Shown here: positions 34,977 to 49,800 of the stretch, in pieces | Position numbering within the stretch: the first letter of the stretch is position 1 | Layout of the letters: each line of letters starts with the position of its first letter | Source of the DNA: Azolla caroliniana | Taxonomy: Eukaryota; Plantae; Polypodiophyta | Direction of reading: 5' to 3' | Assembly (NCBI GenBank): GCA_043228905.1 | Contig: JBHGNT010000021.1 | Span: forward strand, 6,324,001 to 6,388,000 | Length of the DNA stretch: 64,000 bases | Notes under the pieces: generated by a model | Database searches by the model: none | What the model was told of the DNA's origin: nothing | Seen by the model: the letters and a program-made list of their open reading frames with translations, nothing else | Made by a program: the position numbers and the translations under genes

Positions 34977-37900
34977 ATGGAATCTCTCCGGACTAAGAAG
35001 AAGCTAATCATCGACACTGATCCTGGAATAGGTTTGTTTCTTCCTTTCTTCTTGTTTCACTTATATTTATGTGTGTATATTTAGATTTTGGATCGCCCAA
35101 ATTGTGCATAAATCTTATGAAAGAGGAACATTAGGGAATAATCGTGGTTCAGTTCTATTTGCCTAAGTCCATGGGATCCATTTGTACCAGGAGTGTACAC
35201 TTCTTCCATTCATGTAATATGATGATATGATGTCTTATGATATGATATGTGATGTGATGTGACGTGACTTGATGTGGTGTGATACAATGTGGGGTGATGC
35301 TCAATAATTATGTTATATTGTTGATTGAATGTGATACTCAGTGATTATGAAAATATTTTTAATATGAGGTGATGATCACTGGTTATGTGATGTGATGTTT
35401 CTACTTGATGATTAGATGGTATGGTAGTATGTGATGTTGATCCTCAACGGTTATGTGGCATGATGGTATGTGATGTTAATCCTCAATGATTATATGATGT
35501 GTTGGAGAAACCTAAGTGCGGCATTGTCTCATATGCTTCTTGTCTTTATGTTTTGGATCTAATTTCTTTGTTTGTATTGATGGATTTGGAATGTAGGTAT
35601 AGTTGATATATAAATTATAGAGTTTAGACTAAGAGAGTATGAACATTGACAAGTAATTGTTACATTGAATGCATAGAACCTTACAAATTTCTGACCATCA
35701 TGCTTGGCTACCAATGTGATCTAACTTCCCCCTTTATATTGCTATTTATATCAGATGATGCAATGGCAATACTGATGGCATTCCACTCTCCTGAAGTTGA
35801 GATTATTGGATTCACGACAATATTTGGTAATGTTCCAACCAATTTGGCGACTAATAATGCCTTGCATTTGGTATGTATAGTTATCTGCTGCCCTGAATCT
35901 TGTTAATCTATGGAACCATCACATATAATATAATTCGTGTAACCTATATATATGTACTTTGGAAGATAGAAATTGATTAAGAACTTTAAGTTGGAGGATG
36001 AGAGGATATATGCAAAGTAGAAGTTTGAGAACCACATTTAACTGAAATTTTCCTCCGTGTATATGTTTTAATAATTTTTCTCTTGCTTTTTTCTGCAGCT
36101 CGAAGAAATAGGTCGTGAAGATGTTCCTGTTGCACAAGGTGCATCCATGTCACTAACGGTATTAGCAATGGATGATGATGCTTTCAGCCAGAGAAATTTT
36201 TCCATAATTGGCATTACACGTATAATTTAAATTTATATTGAGATAGAAAGGAACATATATTATTAACATCCGCAGGAGGCTGATACCATCTATGGGATGG
36301 GGCCCCATGGCTAGGATTTGAACTTAGTTTGAGAGAGAGGGGCCAAGGGCAGGTGTGATTAATCACTTAGTTGGTTTGTTTTGCATACTTCTGTTAGAAT
36401 GTTCCGAAGCTACGAATTGCTGATTTTGTACATGGAAATGATGGACTTGGAAACACATATCCTCCTACCCCGAAAGGAAAGCCAGTGGACTTGGATGCAA
36501 AAGATTTTCTAATTAAGATGGCAAGGGAGAACATTAACGAAGTGACAATCGTTGCTCTAGGTCCTCTTACAAACATTGCTTTGGTACACAGTGCACTAAG
36601 TCTCTTTATGTTAAGATATTGCCAGCATTTGGACAATGTAGATCTAGCAAGTTAACAAAAATAAACACATTTTTATTGCTGTGTAACATGTAGGCCATAC
36701 AGAATGATCCAATGTTTGCGAAAAACGTGAAACAGATTGTAGTCCTTGGTGGTGCTTTTTTTGTTAATGGAAATGTGAATCCTGCTGCTGAAGCCAATGT
36801 AAGTTTTGTATTTTTCTTGTGTTTATTTAAGAGAATGATTTAACTATTTGTGCTGGGCAGTTAGCTAATAAAATCGGTACAGAAGTTGTAGGATAGATCA
36901 ACGAGATAAAGAATATAGGCGATCCCTGGAGAAAAAACATTCTGTCTTCTTTTGAGGGGAAAACTCCTATCTTTATAAGTTTGTTTCTTCGTGTGAGTAG
37001 TCAATATGGTGTTCAGAGGCCATACACTAAAATGTATTTAAACAATGTACACTCATGTTACTTGCATCTCCTTTTAACATTTTCATTATGTTTATATGGC
37101 CTAAGTCGGCAATGATTCCTGAACTTAAAATGTGGCATATCTTTTTATTTTTGAATAAGATTTGTATCCATTTATTTTCTGGTGTTTTTACTTATGTTTT
37201 TAAACCATCTACAGTCATTCTTACACACGAATCATGATTGTCTTTTGGTTACACTAAGGCAATTTTTTTCTCCTTAGGTGCTTGGAGATCCTGAGGCTGC
37301 CGACATTGTTTTTACGTCAGGGGCTGATCTTTTAGTTGTTGGAATCAACATAACTCACCAAGTGATTATGACAGGTTAGTGGTTATAAATTACATTTATA
37401 CTGACCATAACTCATTGATAAAGCCAGTATATGCATTTTATGACATTCATCAGATTTCTTGCATTGTGTTTGCAGATAAAGATTGTGAACAATTGGGCCA
37501 AAGTGACAGTGCCTTTGCAAAATATGTGCACAAAATTGCCGACTTCTACTTTGCTTATCATCATGAAGCATATGGCATTCGAGGTTTTTTCTTGTTCATT
37601 TCTTGAACATCTTCGTCATTTCTTTACCAAAAAAGAAATCTATCATTTGGTGCTTTCTAAAATGTAAATGTCATTTATTCTGTAATTATTAAACTCTCGG
37701 TCAATATTTAGGGGAAAATATCTGAAATTTCCTGAGTTTTTCTTTATATCCCTAAATTCAATTGAACTTTCTGTAGTCTCTTAAACTCCCTTGATCAACT
37801 CCCAGAATAGAGAAAACAAGGATGAATAGGTCATATAGTTGCACTGCAGGGGTCAAATAATGACATTTTGAATAAAATAGAGGAAAACCAAAGGGTTTTG

Positions 37901-38646
37901 GGGGAAACTAAAGAAAATATTCAGTGGTTACCTTGAAAATTTTCCCAATAAGAATTTATGTATCCAGATGTCAGATGGAATTTGAAGTGTCTTATTATTT
38001 TGCAGGAGTTTATCTCCATGATCCAACTGCTCTTGTGGCTGCATTAGATCCATCACTCTTTACTTATTCAGAAGGTGTGGTGAGGGTTCAGCTTGACGGT
38101 ATCTGCAAGGGAATGACTATCTTAAATAGCTCGAAAAAGCGGTAATTGATCTGCTATTTTCTATATTTCAGCATAAAAATTATCATTACTGGTTTATGGA
38201 AATAATCAACATTGTTTAGACACAAAAGGAGTATATCTTTTCGGCTATAATTTTCAAGTTGTTTCACATATGATTTTTTATTATTTAGGACAGGGGTGTA
38301 TGCGATTTTGATTTGATAAACTCATCTAGAACACATGCACATACATATGTATTTATATTATGCTTTTGACAAATTGAAAACAAAGTGAAGGCTCCATCTT
38401 TTGATAACCGTGCTTGCTGTAGAAACTGCAAAGAAAAAGGAATATGCCCTAAACTTGATTCACAAGAAGATTATCTTGATTCAGGGATGTTTTACCATGA
38501 ATATTTTGCTTTTTTGCTAATGGTATGCTTTCTGCAGATGGTCAGAAGCCACCGATTGGTGTAATAAACCAACGGTGAAGGTAGCTGTCACAGTTGATGA
38601 AGAGAAAGTAAGGAAAATGTTAATGGATCGACTCTTACAAGTTTGA
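34977..38646 (+). CDS. URH2: Inosine-uridine preferring nucleoside hydrolase (plant NRH; URH2/NSH2-like), 9 exons
   Basis: Exons ~34977-35031, 35755-35870, 36099-36158, 36398-36583, 36694-36798, 37278-37374, 37476-37583, 38006-38140, 38539-38646. Motifs LIIDTDPGIDDAMAI, FVHGNDGLG, LGPLTNIAL, GNVNPAAEAN, YLHDP. Paralog assignment rests on KLRIADFVH and KPTVKVAVTVD (inference). Confidence 0.92.
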
Positions 38647-41536
38647 CCTGTTTAATTTCTATCTTTACAAATATCACATTGTAATGTAATTTATGACTCT
38701 TTTGAGCTCCCAATGAAAATTATTGCTTAATAATTAAAAATATGATTCACTGAGATCAGAATTTTTATCACTTCTTCTGGTCGTTTGTCTGAACTCATGA
38801 ATTCTCTTACATGTCGTCACCCAATAGCGTTGTTTGGATGTTTTAATTTCCCACTCTATCGATGTGTCGCTGTATGACTTTGGGATTTTTTGACCATTGG
38901 TAAATTGGTTTTAATGTTCAGATTTTAGAATTTTGTGGACAGAATGGAGATGCTAACAAATTGGATTATGACAACCTATTTCTGATGTATATTGGACATT
39001 TAGGTATTTGTTACTCATGGGCTCGGGTATAAATAATCATCAGGCGTGATGGGACTCAAGCATATGACAGAATAATCAGAGTAAGGTAGCTCAGGCATAA
39101 TACTCCAATACTCATCAACACATAATTAGCCAGGGAAGGTAGATTAATTAGCACTTTGTTAATATTACAACAAAATACTTTTTAAGTACCTCCCTAAAGC
39201 ATAATAACAAAAGGAGGAAATATGTGATAAGCACTTTATTAACTATGTGATAAGGAGAGATCAATGAGACTTAAAAGAGAGACAATGTAGCCCAAATGTT
39301 CTCCCTCTCAGATTAATGCAGTATGCTTTCCAAAAGCCTTATACACTAAAGTACTGTTGGGAGATGTGCTTTAAATGCTATCTCTCACAAAAGTGGTATG
39401 TCATTTGAGATGTTGTATGTATGTTCATCATTATATTAATGTGCAATTCCAAGCCATACATTAATGATCAAGGTGTGTATTCATGTTATTATTATGTTAC
39501 AAAAAAGTTACAATAATATAGGCTGTTGTGTGAATTGAGCATTCCAATTCTTACTCAAGATGTGCATTGATAACTAGCCATGCTTAAAAACTGTTCTATC
39601 ATGAATACTTTATATTGATATCTTAATATTTCAAATTATCATTTGTTAAGTGACAACTATATTGCAAGAGGTCAAATGTTCACCTTGAAGTCAAGTAAAA
39701 TCAAAGAATTTGTTGAAGATAGTCCAATATATCAAGCAATGGATGGTATAGGAAGATAACATGACATCTTGGATGGCCGGCCACCCACCCATTATCATGA
39801 GTGAGGGTAAGAAGACATGGAATTCTCAGTGTATCCATTTCACATGTAGGTATCCATTCAAATTCTATACTAGATGAAGGATACATCCTTCTACCAAAGA
39901 TAATAAGCTACAAAGTTTAACAAGAACTAACAAGCTCATACATGGTATGGTCCTCAAGTCATGCAATGATACGTTTCTAGTAACTGATATTCTACTTAGA
40001 ATCAAGGCCCATAGAATTTGTAATCAGGAAATTTTCAAAGAGCCACATTCAGGTGAATGGATCACTAACATGATAATCAGAACCGATATGAACCTCCATA
40101 CACACTGAAATTATCAAAGAAATGGCCATCCATTAGCATAGTAACCAACTTTGTAACACTTTGTAAGATGATACCGCCATTCTTGTTGTAACAAAATTTG
40201 AATAATATAGAGTATTGTTTGTGTGCCTCTCTGTCTCTCTATCTATCTATCTATCCATCTATCTTTTGTGATTCTTGAGTTGTCTCTATCAATCCTTTTG
40301 TTCTATTGTTCTATATCCATCACCTTGTTGTCTTAATCATACGCCATGTTGTGTTGTATACCCTTATCTTGACAACCTACTTTCCAACACCTACTTAGCA
40401 TTTGTGATGGCGGTGTGTCTGAACTAGGAAATAGAGTAATCAAACTATTGTTCCATCCAATCATGAGGGTCAATCATGTTGTCAATTAATTGGGATTGAA
40501 CTGAGTTATATTCCAATGTGTTTGCGTGTGCGATGATTTCAAGTTTAAACCACAATCAAATTATTTGCACTAATTTCATAGAATGACCATGTATGCCAAT
40601 TGCCCCATATGAGGTTCGTTTAGTAGTTATTGACACTTCATGTGCATGTACCCTCAATATGGGGGTAATTAGAATGAATACAAGTGATAATGTAACAATA
40701 CGATATGGAAGGAAAACTCATTTTCGGTACCAAATGCACTGATTGACTATCTCACCTTCATTGTTAAGCTTGTATTGATTAAGTTCAAGCTAATACATTG
40801 CTTTAATTATTATAAATAGAATAAGCACTAACAAGATGAAACAATAGTGCAACAACTAGTGATATATATCAATGATTCAAAGAGAAGATAATTATGTACC
40901 ATAAAATTTAGGAAATAACAACAATAAGACTACAAACCACAATATAGTTAAATCCCGTGAGAGATTCACCATGTAACTATAAATACGTTTAGTTTTTTGT
41001 ATTATTACACATTCAAGTAACTTTGCCATAAGAGAATTGACCACTTGTGTCTCAACATGACACGACACGCGACATCTTTACACCAGATGAACATGGCTTT
41101 TACATTACAACCATCCATTTACGAACACCAATGTGGCAGCTCTTCATAAATACTAGGTTAAAAAAATTGGTTCCATATTATGATGGAGCTATAATGTTAC
41201 AACTAGTTAGTAGATGAGGCCCTTAATCTCAAATTCATGGAAGAATGAAAAGACCATGAGTAAAAAGAGAGAGACATGACAAAACTCTGAAGAACTTAGT
41301 GGCATTGTGATGAAAGTGATAAATGTCCTTACCAATCATCCTCATAGATGAGGTATGGTCATTGTGTTACGCTTACCAAAATGAGGAGAGATCGAGAGGT
41401 TAGGGATATGTATAGCCAACCACAATGTCAAGATGGTTACAATCCACGAAGACGCTTTGTAAATAAAATAGAGGCAAAACATCGTGTTTTACGTCCGGCG
41501 GTTCCTAATAACGGGGGAGTAAACAAAGCTTGCATT

Positions 41537-42990
41537 CTTTCTTCTTCTTCTTCTTCTTCTTCTTCTTGAGTGTGTGGGTAGTAAGGTGGGTTCGCGCTCA
41601 CGAGGTGAAGTTTTCCTTGTGTGGGTGGGTTTTTTAATGTTTTTACTAAGAAAGGGGTATGTGTGTGTGTGTGTGTGTGTGTTTATGTAAAGGGAGGATC
41701 CATGCACCAATGGAATTGAGCTTGTTTTTTATTTCCGAGAGTGATCCGGGTTTCGGGTTTCCTTGGAGTTCGTACGGGTTTCGGGATTTCCTCGGAAGTT
41801 TCTCGGGCTACTACGGCTTCCCGGGTTTCGGGATTTCCTTTTGGAGTTCCTAGGACGAATCTCGCTTTCTTTTCGATCGAATTAGGGTTAGGGTTAGGGT
41901 TAGGGTTAGGGTTAGGCGCAACGAGCTTCGAATTGGATTAGGGTTTGTTGCTCGTGACGGAAGGAGATTAATAAGGGAGGGTTCACACGCGGAGGGGCTT
42001 GGGCGGAGCAGGAGGAGGAGGAGGAGGAGGAGGCTTCCATGGCGCAGTGAATACATCTTTCCTGGCGGCTATGGAAGAGGAAAGGGGAGCGGGAGCGGCG
42101 CGCAGAGCCCCCGCCCTCTCCAGCCGCGCCACCAGAGATTTCAGAGAAGACAGGCTGCTGGAAGAGGAGCTGCTGTGATCGGATGCAGAGGAGGAAGATC
42201 TGGAATTCGGAAAAGAAACCCCAGCAGATGATGATGAAGATGAAGAAGACGCAGAGCAAGAGCAATGAGGAGGTGTCTGAGTAGATGAGGAAGAAGAAGA
42301 AGAAGAAGAAGAAGAAGACGAAGAGTAGAGACGGACGAAGGAAAGCGGATCAGACCAGAACCTGAAGCACCAAACGCATGTCCAGAAGGAGATGAGGAGG
42401 AGGGAGAGGGCCAAGAGGACAAGGAGCATGAGCAGTGCGATCTGCAGGAAGAGGCTGTGGTGACCCATCTGCATTGACATGATGATGCCAGGCCACGCCA
42501 TGCCCATTCTTTCATCCTTCTCTTCTTTCCTCTTCCCTCCTATTCATTCCACAAGGACCCTTCCTTCGACTGCAGGCACCATAGCCATAGCCATAGCCAT
42601 AGCCATAGCCATGGATGGTGCCCCTTCCCTTCCCTTCCACAGACGATCTCTCTCAACTGCCCACATGTGTATGTATACACATACACATACACATACACAT
42701 ACATTATACATATACATATACTGTTATACATTATACAAATACATTATACATATACATAATCATATACATATACATAGACATGTCACATATACGTACGTAT
42801 ATACATAGACATAGACATAGACATGTCACATATACATATACATATACATAGACATAGACATAGACATGTCACATATGCATATACATATACATAGACATAG
42901 ACATATACACATACATATACATATACATATATACACACACACACACACATACATATACATACACACACACACACACACACACACATACAT
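41537..42990. repeat. Microsatellite-dense tract
   Basis: (CTT)n, (GT)n, (TTAGGG)5, (GGA)n, (GAA)n, (CCATAG)n, (CATATA/CATAGA)n and (CA)n in succession. Confidence 0.9.
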
Positions 42991-43399
42991 ACCATCGCCA
43001 TTGCCATTGTTTTGCCTTTCCTTGCCTTCTTGTTTTCATCTCGGTCCCTCAGAAAGTTGTCGGCTTGGGGCCTCGTTGTTCTACTACCCAACCTGTGTGG
43101 GCGCTGGTCGTATCATGCGGTCAGTCGGTCTCGTTTGTTTCGGGAGCCGACTTTTCTTCTTCAACATAAGATCCGCATGTCGTTTGACATTTGTGTGTTT
43201 TCTAACTCGCGGAGCTCTCTGCGTCGGTCCGATGATGTCATTGTAGAGTGCGGGTTGGCCACTCCACATCGTCGTTGGTAATGATCAGATTGTGCTTGTA
43301 TAGTCGACGGGAGGTTGAGGTACATTCGTTTAGATAACATGGGGCAATCGAATGACTATGGCCACATCAATCTTCTTCTTTTCTTTTCTCATCGAGGTA

Positions 43400-45450
43400 T
43401 TCACAAGTGTCTAGCTTTTTCTACCAGCTCCCCAATCCTACCATCTGACTTCATCGTAGTTACTAAGTACCATTAATCATCTTCATTATGCCAATGGAGT
43501 CAAGTTGTAGTGTGTTGACTCCCGATCCACATCTTGCATTTGAGAGATAAACCATATTGTTTTCAAGAATTGGTGTTTCTTGTGATTGATTGGGTGTGAC
43601 ATGGTGGATGGAAGAGCACACACGTTCCTTGTTATTCTCTTTGCCAAAGCATGAATTTATGCGATCATGTGAATACACATTTTTTGCTAGAGCATGTGAG
43701 TGAGCAATGGACTTGCATCCTTTCCTATAACATGTCATCGATATGTTGTAAACACATGTGTTTGTCAGAGCATATAGTGTGAGCACGAAGCACAAGTTTG
43801 TGACATTTTTAGATGTCTTACACCAACCACTGATATTTCTATTGGTTGAAGTTTTATATCCTTATTAGTTGCAATGGACTTGCAAAACTTATGAATGATC
43901 ATCAAACACTCTCAAGCTACTATCACTCATATGTTATGGCAGAAGTGAACTCATCCTCTCTTATCTTAAATAGTTGTTTTAACTAAGAAGTTAGTTATTT
44001 CCATAGTATGTATAATGGCTTAGTTGTTTTACATAACTTGTTGACGATGAACAAATGATGCACAAATGGACAAACCATGCTTCAATTAGTAAACAAGAAC
44101 CGCAAATTCTCATACAAGAATATTAACATAAGGCCTATAGTAACATGCTTAACATTGATCTCATGAAGAAGTTTTGTAGAGATAAGTTTTGAATCCCTAA
44201 TGTTTAAGTTAGAAATGAGGTGCTTTAAAAAATTGAGTAAGAAAGGATGCATAAATAAAATTGAGAGAACCAAGATAAGGGGAGAAGGTAAGCAAAGCAG
44301 ATATTGTCATGATACCACAAAATGATTGACTTTCAATGATTTGCTACGCCATGAAGTTTGGTTTGTCACTAAACCCTGGGCTTTCAGATCCCAAAACTCA
44401 TGAACCCAACACTAAGCACTATCTATCTCACTCATTTTATGTTCACCATGAGCTCACTTGCTATTTATAAAAGGATTTCCCTCCTTTTTCATGCAACACA
44501 ACTTCTTTTTTCTTTTTTGTATTCCATACATTTCTTGTAATGTAGCATTTTACGTTATCGTTATTGTGACACCCACTACACTCCTAACTATTCATGATTA
44601 CTAAATAACAATGTGGCAACGTGGCGGCCATGCATGGCTACTAATGGAAATTGTGCATAGCATGATGCTACACTATATAAAAAGAAGGCATTCTATAGTC
44701 ATAACCATTCTAGTTATCTTCATCCAACTTCCGAATGATAGAGAAGAATGATGATAGTTTTCTCTTGTGATGATAACGATCTTTGATAAACCAAACCATT
44801 GTGAGATATCACCAAGAGAGGTAATTGTTTCGCACATTCTCGTATATCGAGGGTGTAGTGGTTGATGGACATACCCCTTTGTTGCATGTTCAATTGTTGT
44901 TGGAGTTGAAGTTTGAGGCCAATGTGTTCTCAACAAAGGCCTTCTTGAAGTTTTCTCATGCTTTCTTTAGTGTACTCATGTCTCATACATAGCCAAGCAT
45001 GTGGCCATGAACGAGTTTCACAAATGAATACATGAGTAAACTTGCACTTTGATTTTATCTTGCATAATTGGCATGCCTCGTGTTGGGCAAGGTAGCAAGA
45101 TCCCCTTTAATGTAACACCCAGGTCCCATACCCTTGTCCTACAAGGAATTTGTGCAAGTACACATGGAAGTAGGATCAATCTCATCATGGCGGGAGAGTC
45201 AATGAGATATCTAAAGCCACAACTTCCATTCAATTCAAAGGTATCTATTGTTGATTAAATCAATGATTTCCTTTGATACACATGTGCTCAAGAGATGTTT
45301 GTAGTTTAGCTAGTTATCTCAACAATATAGTCCCCCAATGAACCTATTCATGAGTTTCATATTAATCACTCTATTTTTATGCTCCCATCTATAGTGGTGA
45401 GCTCTCACTTGAAGAATGCAATCTCGCATAGCTTCACTTGCCTCTTGTTT
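43400..45450 (-). pseudogene. Highly degenerate Ty3-like pol remnant
   Basis: Only scattered motifs (GYYRPYV-like at ~44120; VYLS and C-x-H-like residues at ~43550-43730); boundaries uncertain. Confidence 0.35.
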
Positions 45451-45616
45451 GAGTGAAAATAATCGATGAATGGGACTCTACTTAGCCCCTTGGTGAGTGA
45501 AATTCTTTAAAAAAATCCTTAGTAAAAACCAAGCCACTCGAGATTTCCTCAGAGAGTGTGCCCTAATCTCAACCCAAAGGCTATCACTTAGGTTAGAATC
45601 AACAAGAGGTCATACG

Positions 45617-46353
45617 CCTTAGGATTTCTTGGGATTTCTCAATGTGGTCATGTATATCACCTTTGATCACAAGTATATTGGAACCATTTTACAAATTTGA
45701 GTTGATCAAACTTCATCCTATGAGAAATGTACTTGTGATGATGGTGATGGCATGTACTATTATTGGACTTCCCCCTTGTACCATATAGACAACATGAATT
45801 CATGGTCTCGCAAAGAGTTGCAATATGAAGGCTTACATGAGTCTTGTGTGGCATTATTCCTTAGGATTTCTTGGGATTTCTCGATGTGGTCATGTATATC
45901 ACCTTTGATCACAAGTATATTGGAACCATTTTACTAATTTGAGTTGATCAAACTTCATCCTCCGAGAAATGTACTTGTGATGATGGTGATGGCATGTATT
46001 ATTATTGGACTTCCCCCTTGTACCATATAGACAACATGAATTCATGGTCTAGCAAAGAGTTGCAATATGAAGGCTTACACATAGAGTCTTGTGTGGCATT
46101 ATTCCTTAGGATTTCTTGGGATTTCTCGATGTGGTCATGTATATCACCTTTGATCACAAGTATATTGGAACCATTTTTCTAATTTGAGTTTATCAAACTT
46201 CATCCTCTGAGAAATGTACATATGATGATGGTGATGGCATGTACTATTATTGGACTTCCCCCTTGTACCATTTAGACAACATGAATTCATGGTCTAGCAA
46301 AGAGTTGCAATATGAAGGCTTACACATAAAGTTTTGTGTGGCATTATTCCTTA
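45617..46353. repeat. Three tandem copies of a 242-245-bp unit
   Basis: CCTTAGGATTTCTTGGGATTTC starts at 45617, 45859 and 46104; copies highly similar. Confidence 0.95.
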
Positions 46354-46869
46354 TATTTTTTGTGACATGTTTACAGGTGTTCCTATTGTCACCTTGTGAT
46401 CTTTTTGTTTTTATTGGGTCAACGGAAACCTTGTGATGCATCATTATTGTATACTTCCCTTATGATATTAGTTCTATCAATATGTGATTCCTCTCCACTA
46501 GAGATAGACCTATGTGTTTCTTGATGTTTATAGGAGAATATCATATTGGGAAGATGATTTCTTTATTGTAAGTGGCAAGTTCGGGTTTGGAATGTTTGAC
46601 TCTTCAAAGGTGTTGTCCTATGTTTAAGTATCATATATACCTTGCATTTACATCAAGTTTACTATTTGCCCCATTGTTGAACTAGTGAACCATGTAGGGA
46701 GTTCCTGTCGGGAAACGAAAACCATCAATGCGGAATAGTAACAACACTATATATATTGAAGATCAATAGGTTAGTGAACATAAACCAAGATGAACAGAAG
46801 ATTAACCAAAGCAACTTGACATAAAACAAGATCGAGAGGAGAAAGGGAGACAGAGACACCAAAAGGCAC

Positions 46870-49800
46870 TGTTAAGAATCGGGTGTGATTTTGTGTCATT
46901 GAAAAGATGTATGTGTGTGTGTATGTGTGTGAGATAGAGACAGAGCTCAGATGGACGTAGTTTAGTTGGTAAGGTTGCCCAATGGAGACCAGGTGGTCAT
47001 GGGTTCAAGCCCCCTACATTCCATAGTGGCATCTAGTGGAATAAGAGATATCTATGAAGTAATAAAGAGGTGAAAAAATTGGGTCTCGAACCCAAGATGT
47101 AGTGCTAGTAATGTAAACAACTTACCACTAGGGTAAAGCTAATTATGATAAAATAAATAAGGTATAAGGAGAAGACGCTTACCTTCTCTCTATGTTCTTG
47201 CACTACAACCAACTCTTGGGAAGGAGGTGGAGACTTAATTACCTAGTAACTATGTGTCATAGGACTTAAATTCTATGACACATTAGTTATGATACAAAGT
47301 GGTGGAATGTTCACACAAATGGCTACTCCTAAGGTGTGTTCCCACATTAGGAAGTTGAGTATGATTCTCAACATGCCCCTTCAAACACAACTTCCGGTCG
47401 CTGGATAGTCAGCTTGGTGATTGGTCTCTGGATCGGCGTTGGTAGTCGGCTCTCGCTTTTGTTGTGGATGGATGACTTACTCGAGTGTTAGTTCTCCGTT
47501 CGACTCTCATTCGGGCTGCTACTCATTAATCCTCCTCAAGCTCGGTTGGTTGGCAATTGAGAGACCTAGGTTCGACGTGAATTGTCGTAGCTTGTCGGCT
47601 CCCAAGGCCGTCATGAAGATCTCGGTCATCTGTAGGTTGGTGTTCATGTGTTGTAGGTCGACATCTCCGGCCAGGACACGTTCTTAGATGAAATGATAGT
47701 ACACCTCAACGAGCTTAGTTCGAGCGTGGAAGACTGGGTTATGAGCCAAGTAGATACTGCTCGTGTTGTCGTAGTAAAGGAGAATCGGATCCTTGATGGG
47801 AACGCCCAAATCCCTAAGAATGCTCTTGAGCCATACGACTTCACATGCGACCATGGCCGCACCCTTGTATTCTGCCTCTGTGCTCGATAGTGTGACTATC
47901 GGCTACTTTTTATAACTCTAGCAGGTAGCTCAGCTGCCGAGGGAGAAGATGAATACAGAAGTCAATCGGCTATTGACCTTGTAGCCGGCCTAGACGACAT
48001 TTGTGTACCCTTAGAGTCGAATTGGTGTGGTTGATTTGTAGAGGATGCCATAGTCCATTGTCCCACTTACATAGTGTAACACTTGCTTACCACAGTCAAG
48101 GCGAATGTTTCTAGGTGTCTACATTAACTGCCTAAGCAGACCGACCGGATAACTCAGGTCTGGTTGAGTAATAGTGAGGTAGATTAGGCTTCCGACTAGT
48201 TGTCGATAGTGAGTCAGCTCACACTCTTCTATGCCGAAGTCGGCATTTAACTTTAGGTTTCGATCGAGAGAGGTAGTGAAGGGTTACACTCTGTCATACC
48301 AAACTTGAAGAGCAGATTGAGGATATAGTGTCATTGGGAGATCATGATGTCGTTGGGGGTCCGAATTACTTCTATCCCTAGAAAGTAATGAAGCTCTTTC
48401 ACATCCTTCATTTTGAATCGGCCAGAGAGGAGTTTTTTTATATGTTCAATATCTGCTATGTGCTCTCCTCCAATGACCAAGTCGTCCACATATTTTATGA
48501 TAAACAATTGTCCTTTGAAGTCACTCTAGATGAACATGGAATTGTCGGACTTGGACATTTTGAAGCCGATTTGATGAAGATATTGAGTTATCTTCGAATG
48601 CCGTGCTTTAGGTGCCTGCTTAAGGCCGTAGAGAGGCTTTTTGAGTTGGCAGACGACAGTCAAATGCATATTAACTAATTTGACGTCGAGAGGTTGTAGC
48701 ATGTACACCTCATCTAATTCACCTTGAAGAACGACGTTCTTTACATCCATTTGGTGGAGGTGTCACCCTTTGGCTACTGCCAACAGGATCACGATTTGGA
48801 TGGTAGTCCTCTTTGCCACTGGGGCAAAGTCTCTTCATAATGGACCCCTTGTGTCTCTGCATACCCTTTCGCAACAAGTCGGGCCTTATACTGATTGTCG
48901 GTGCCGTAGGCGTTGTGCTTCACCTTGTATATCCATTGGCATTTCATTGCTTTTTGATGGGGTGAAGAGGAGACGAGATCCCATGTCTCATTATTGGAGA
49001 GTGCTTGCATCTCCTTGTTCATCACTTCGACCCATCGTGGGTCCTTAGCGGCTTTGGGAAAATTTTCCGACTCCCAAACTGACCCCACCTTCATCATAAA
49101 CACATACTGATATGCCATGACATAGTCATTATAGCCGAACCAGCTAATTACATTCTTTTCGCGGGTAGAGCGTTGGAGTTTCTCACCTGCTATTATGAGC
49201 GCTTTCTTGGCTTTGGGTGTCCTCATGATAGGAGCATCAAGGCCATCGAACTCACTAGTGAGTGAGTGAGTCGATTAGTTGTCATTCGGATCTTCATTTT
49301 GGCCTTCACTTTGTCCATCTTCGGACTCGACCGTGATGTGCTTCAATCGCTCGGAGGCTCTTGTGGTCCACTCAATCTAGTCGTAATTGGACTTTCTTTT
49401 GGTATGAGCCTTAGTCGATCCTCCTCCTCTTAGTCTATGTCAATATCAATTGTGAATGGTTCGGTGGATTCGGTTCTGGTTCGTACCAAGATGCCAATTC
49501 GTCAAATACGATGTCCCGAGTCACTCGAACTTTTCGGATAGAAGGGTTATAACACTTATATCTCTTTTGTTCGAGTGAGTACCCTACGAGGATACATTTC
49601 TCTGACTTCAGATCGAGCTTTTGTCACTTTCATCAGGAATGTGTACATATGCAACCAAGCCAAATATCCTGACGTGGGATAAGTTCGACTTTTTACGGTA
49701 ACCATAGAACTTCTTGTGAAGGGCTACGTTGTCGTAAAGATTCTGGTTATGTGTCATAACCGTCGGGGTTCTGTGACTCGGGGATAATCGTGCGGATGGT

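Noticed and set aside
39009-40375. Possible solo LTR
   Set aside because: LTR-like composition and TG/CA candidates exist, but I found no matching TSD or second copy.
41882-41916. True telomere or chromosome-fusion scar
   Set aside because: Only ~5.8 units within a general SSR cluster.
41983-42515. Minus-strand Ser/Leu/Pro-rich membrane-protein ORFs
   Set aside because: The composition is explained by GAA/GGA microsatellites; no recognisable domain.
45752-46436. Three paralogous small ORFs (MYYYWTSPLY...)
   Set aside because: By-products of the 245-bp tandem repeat.
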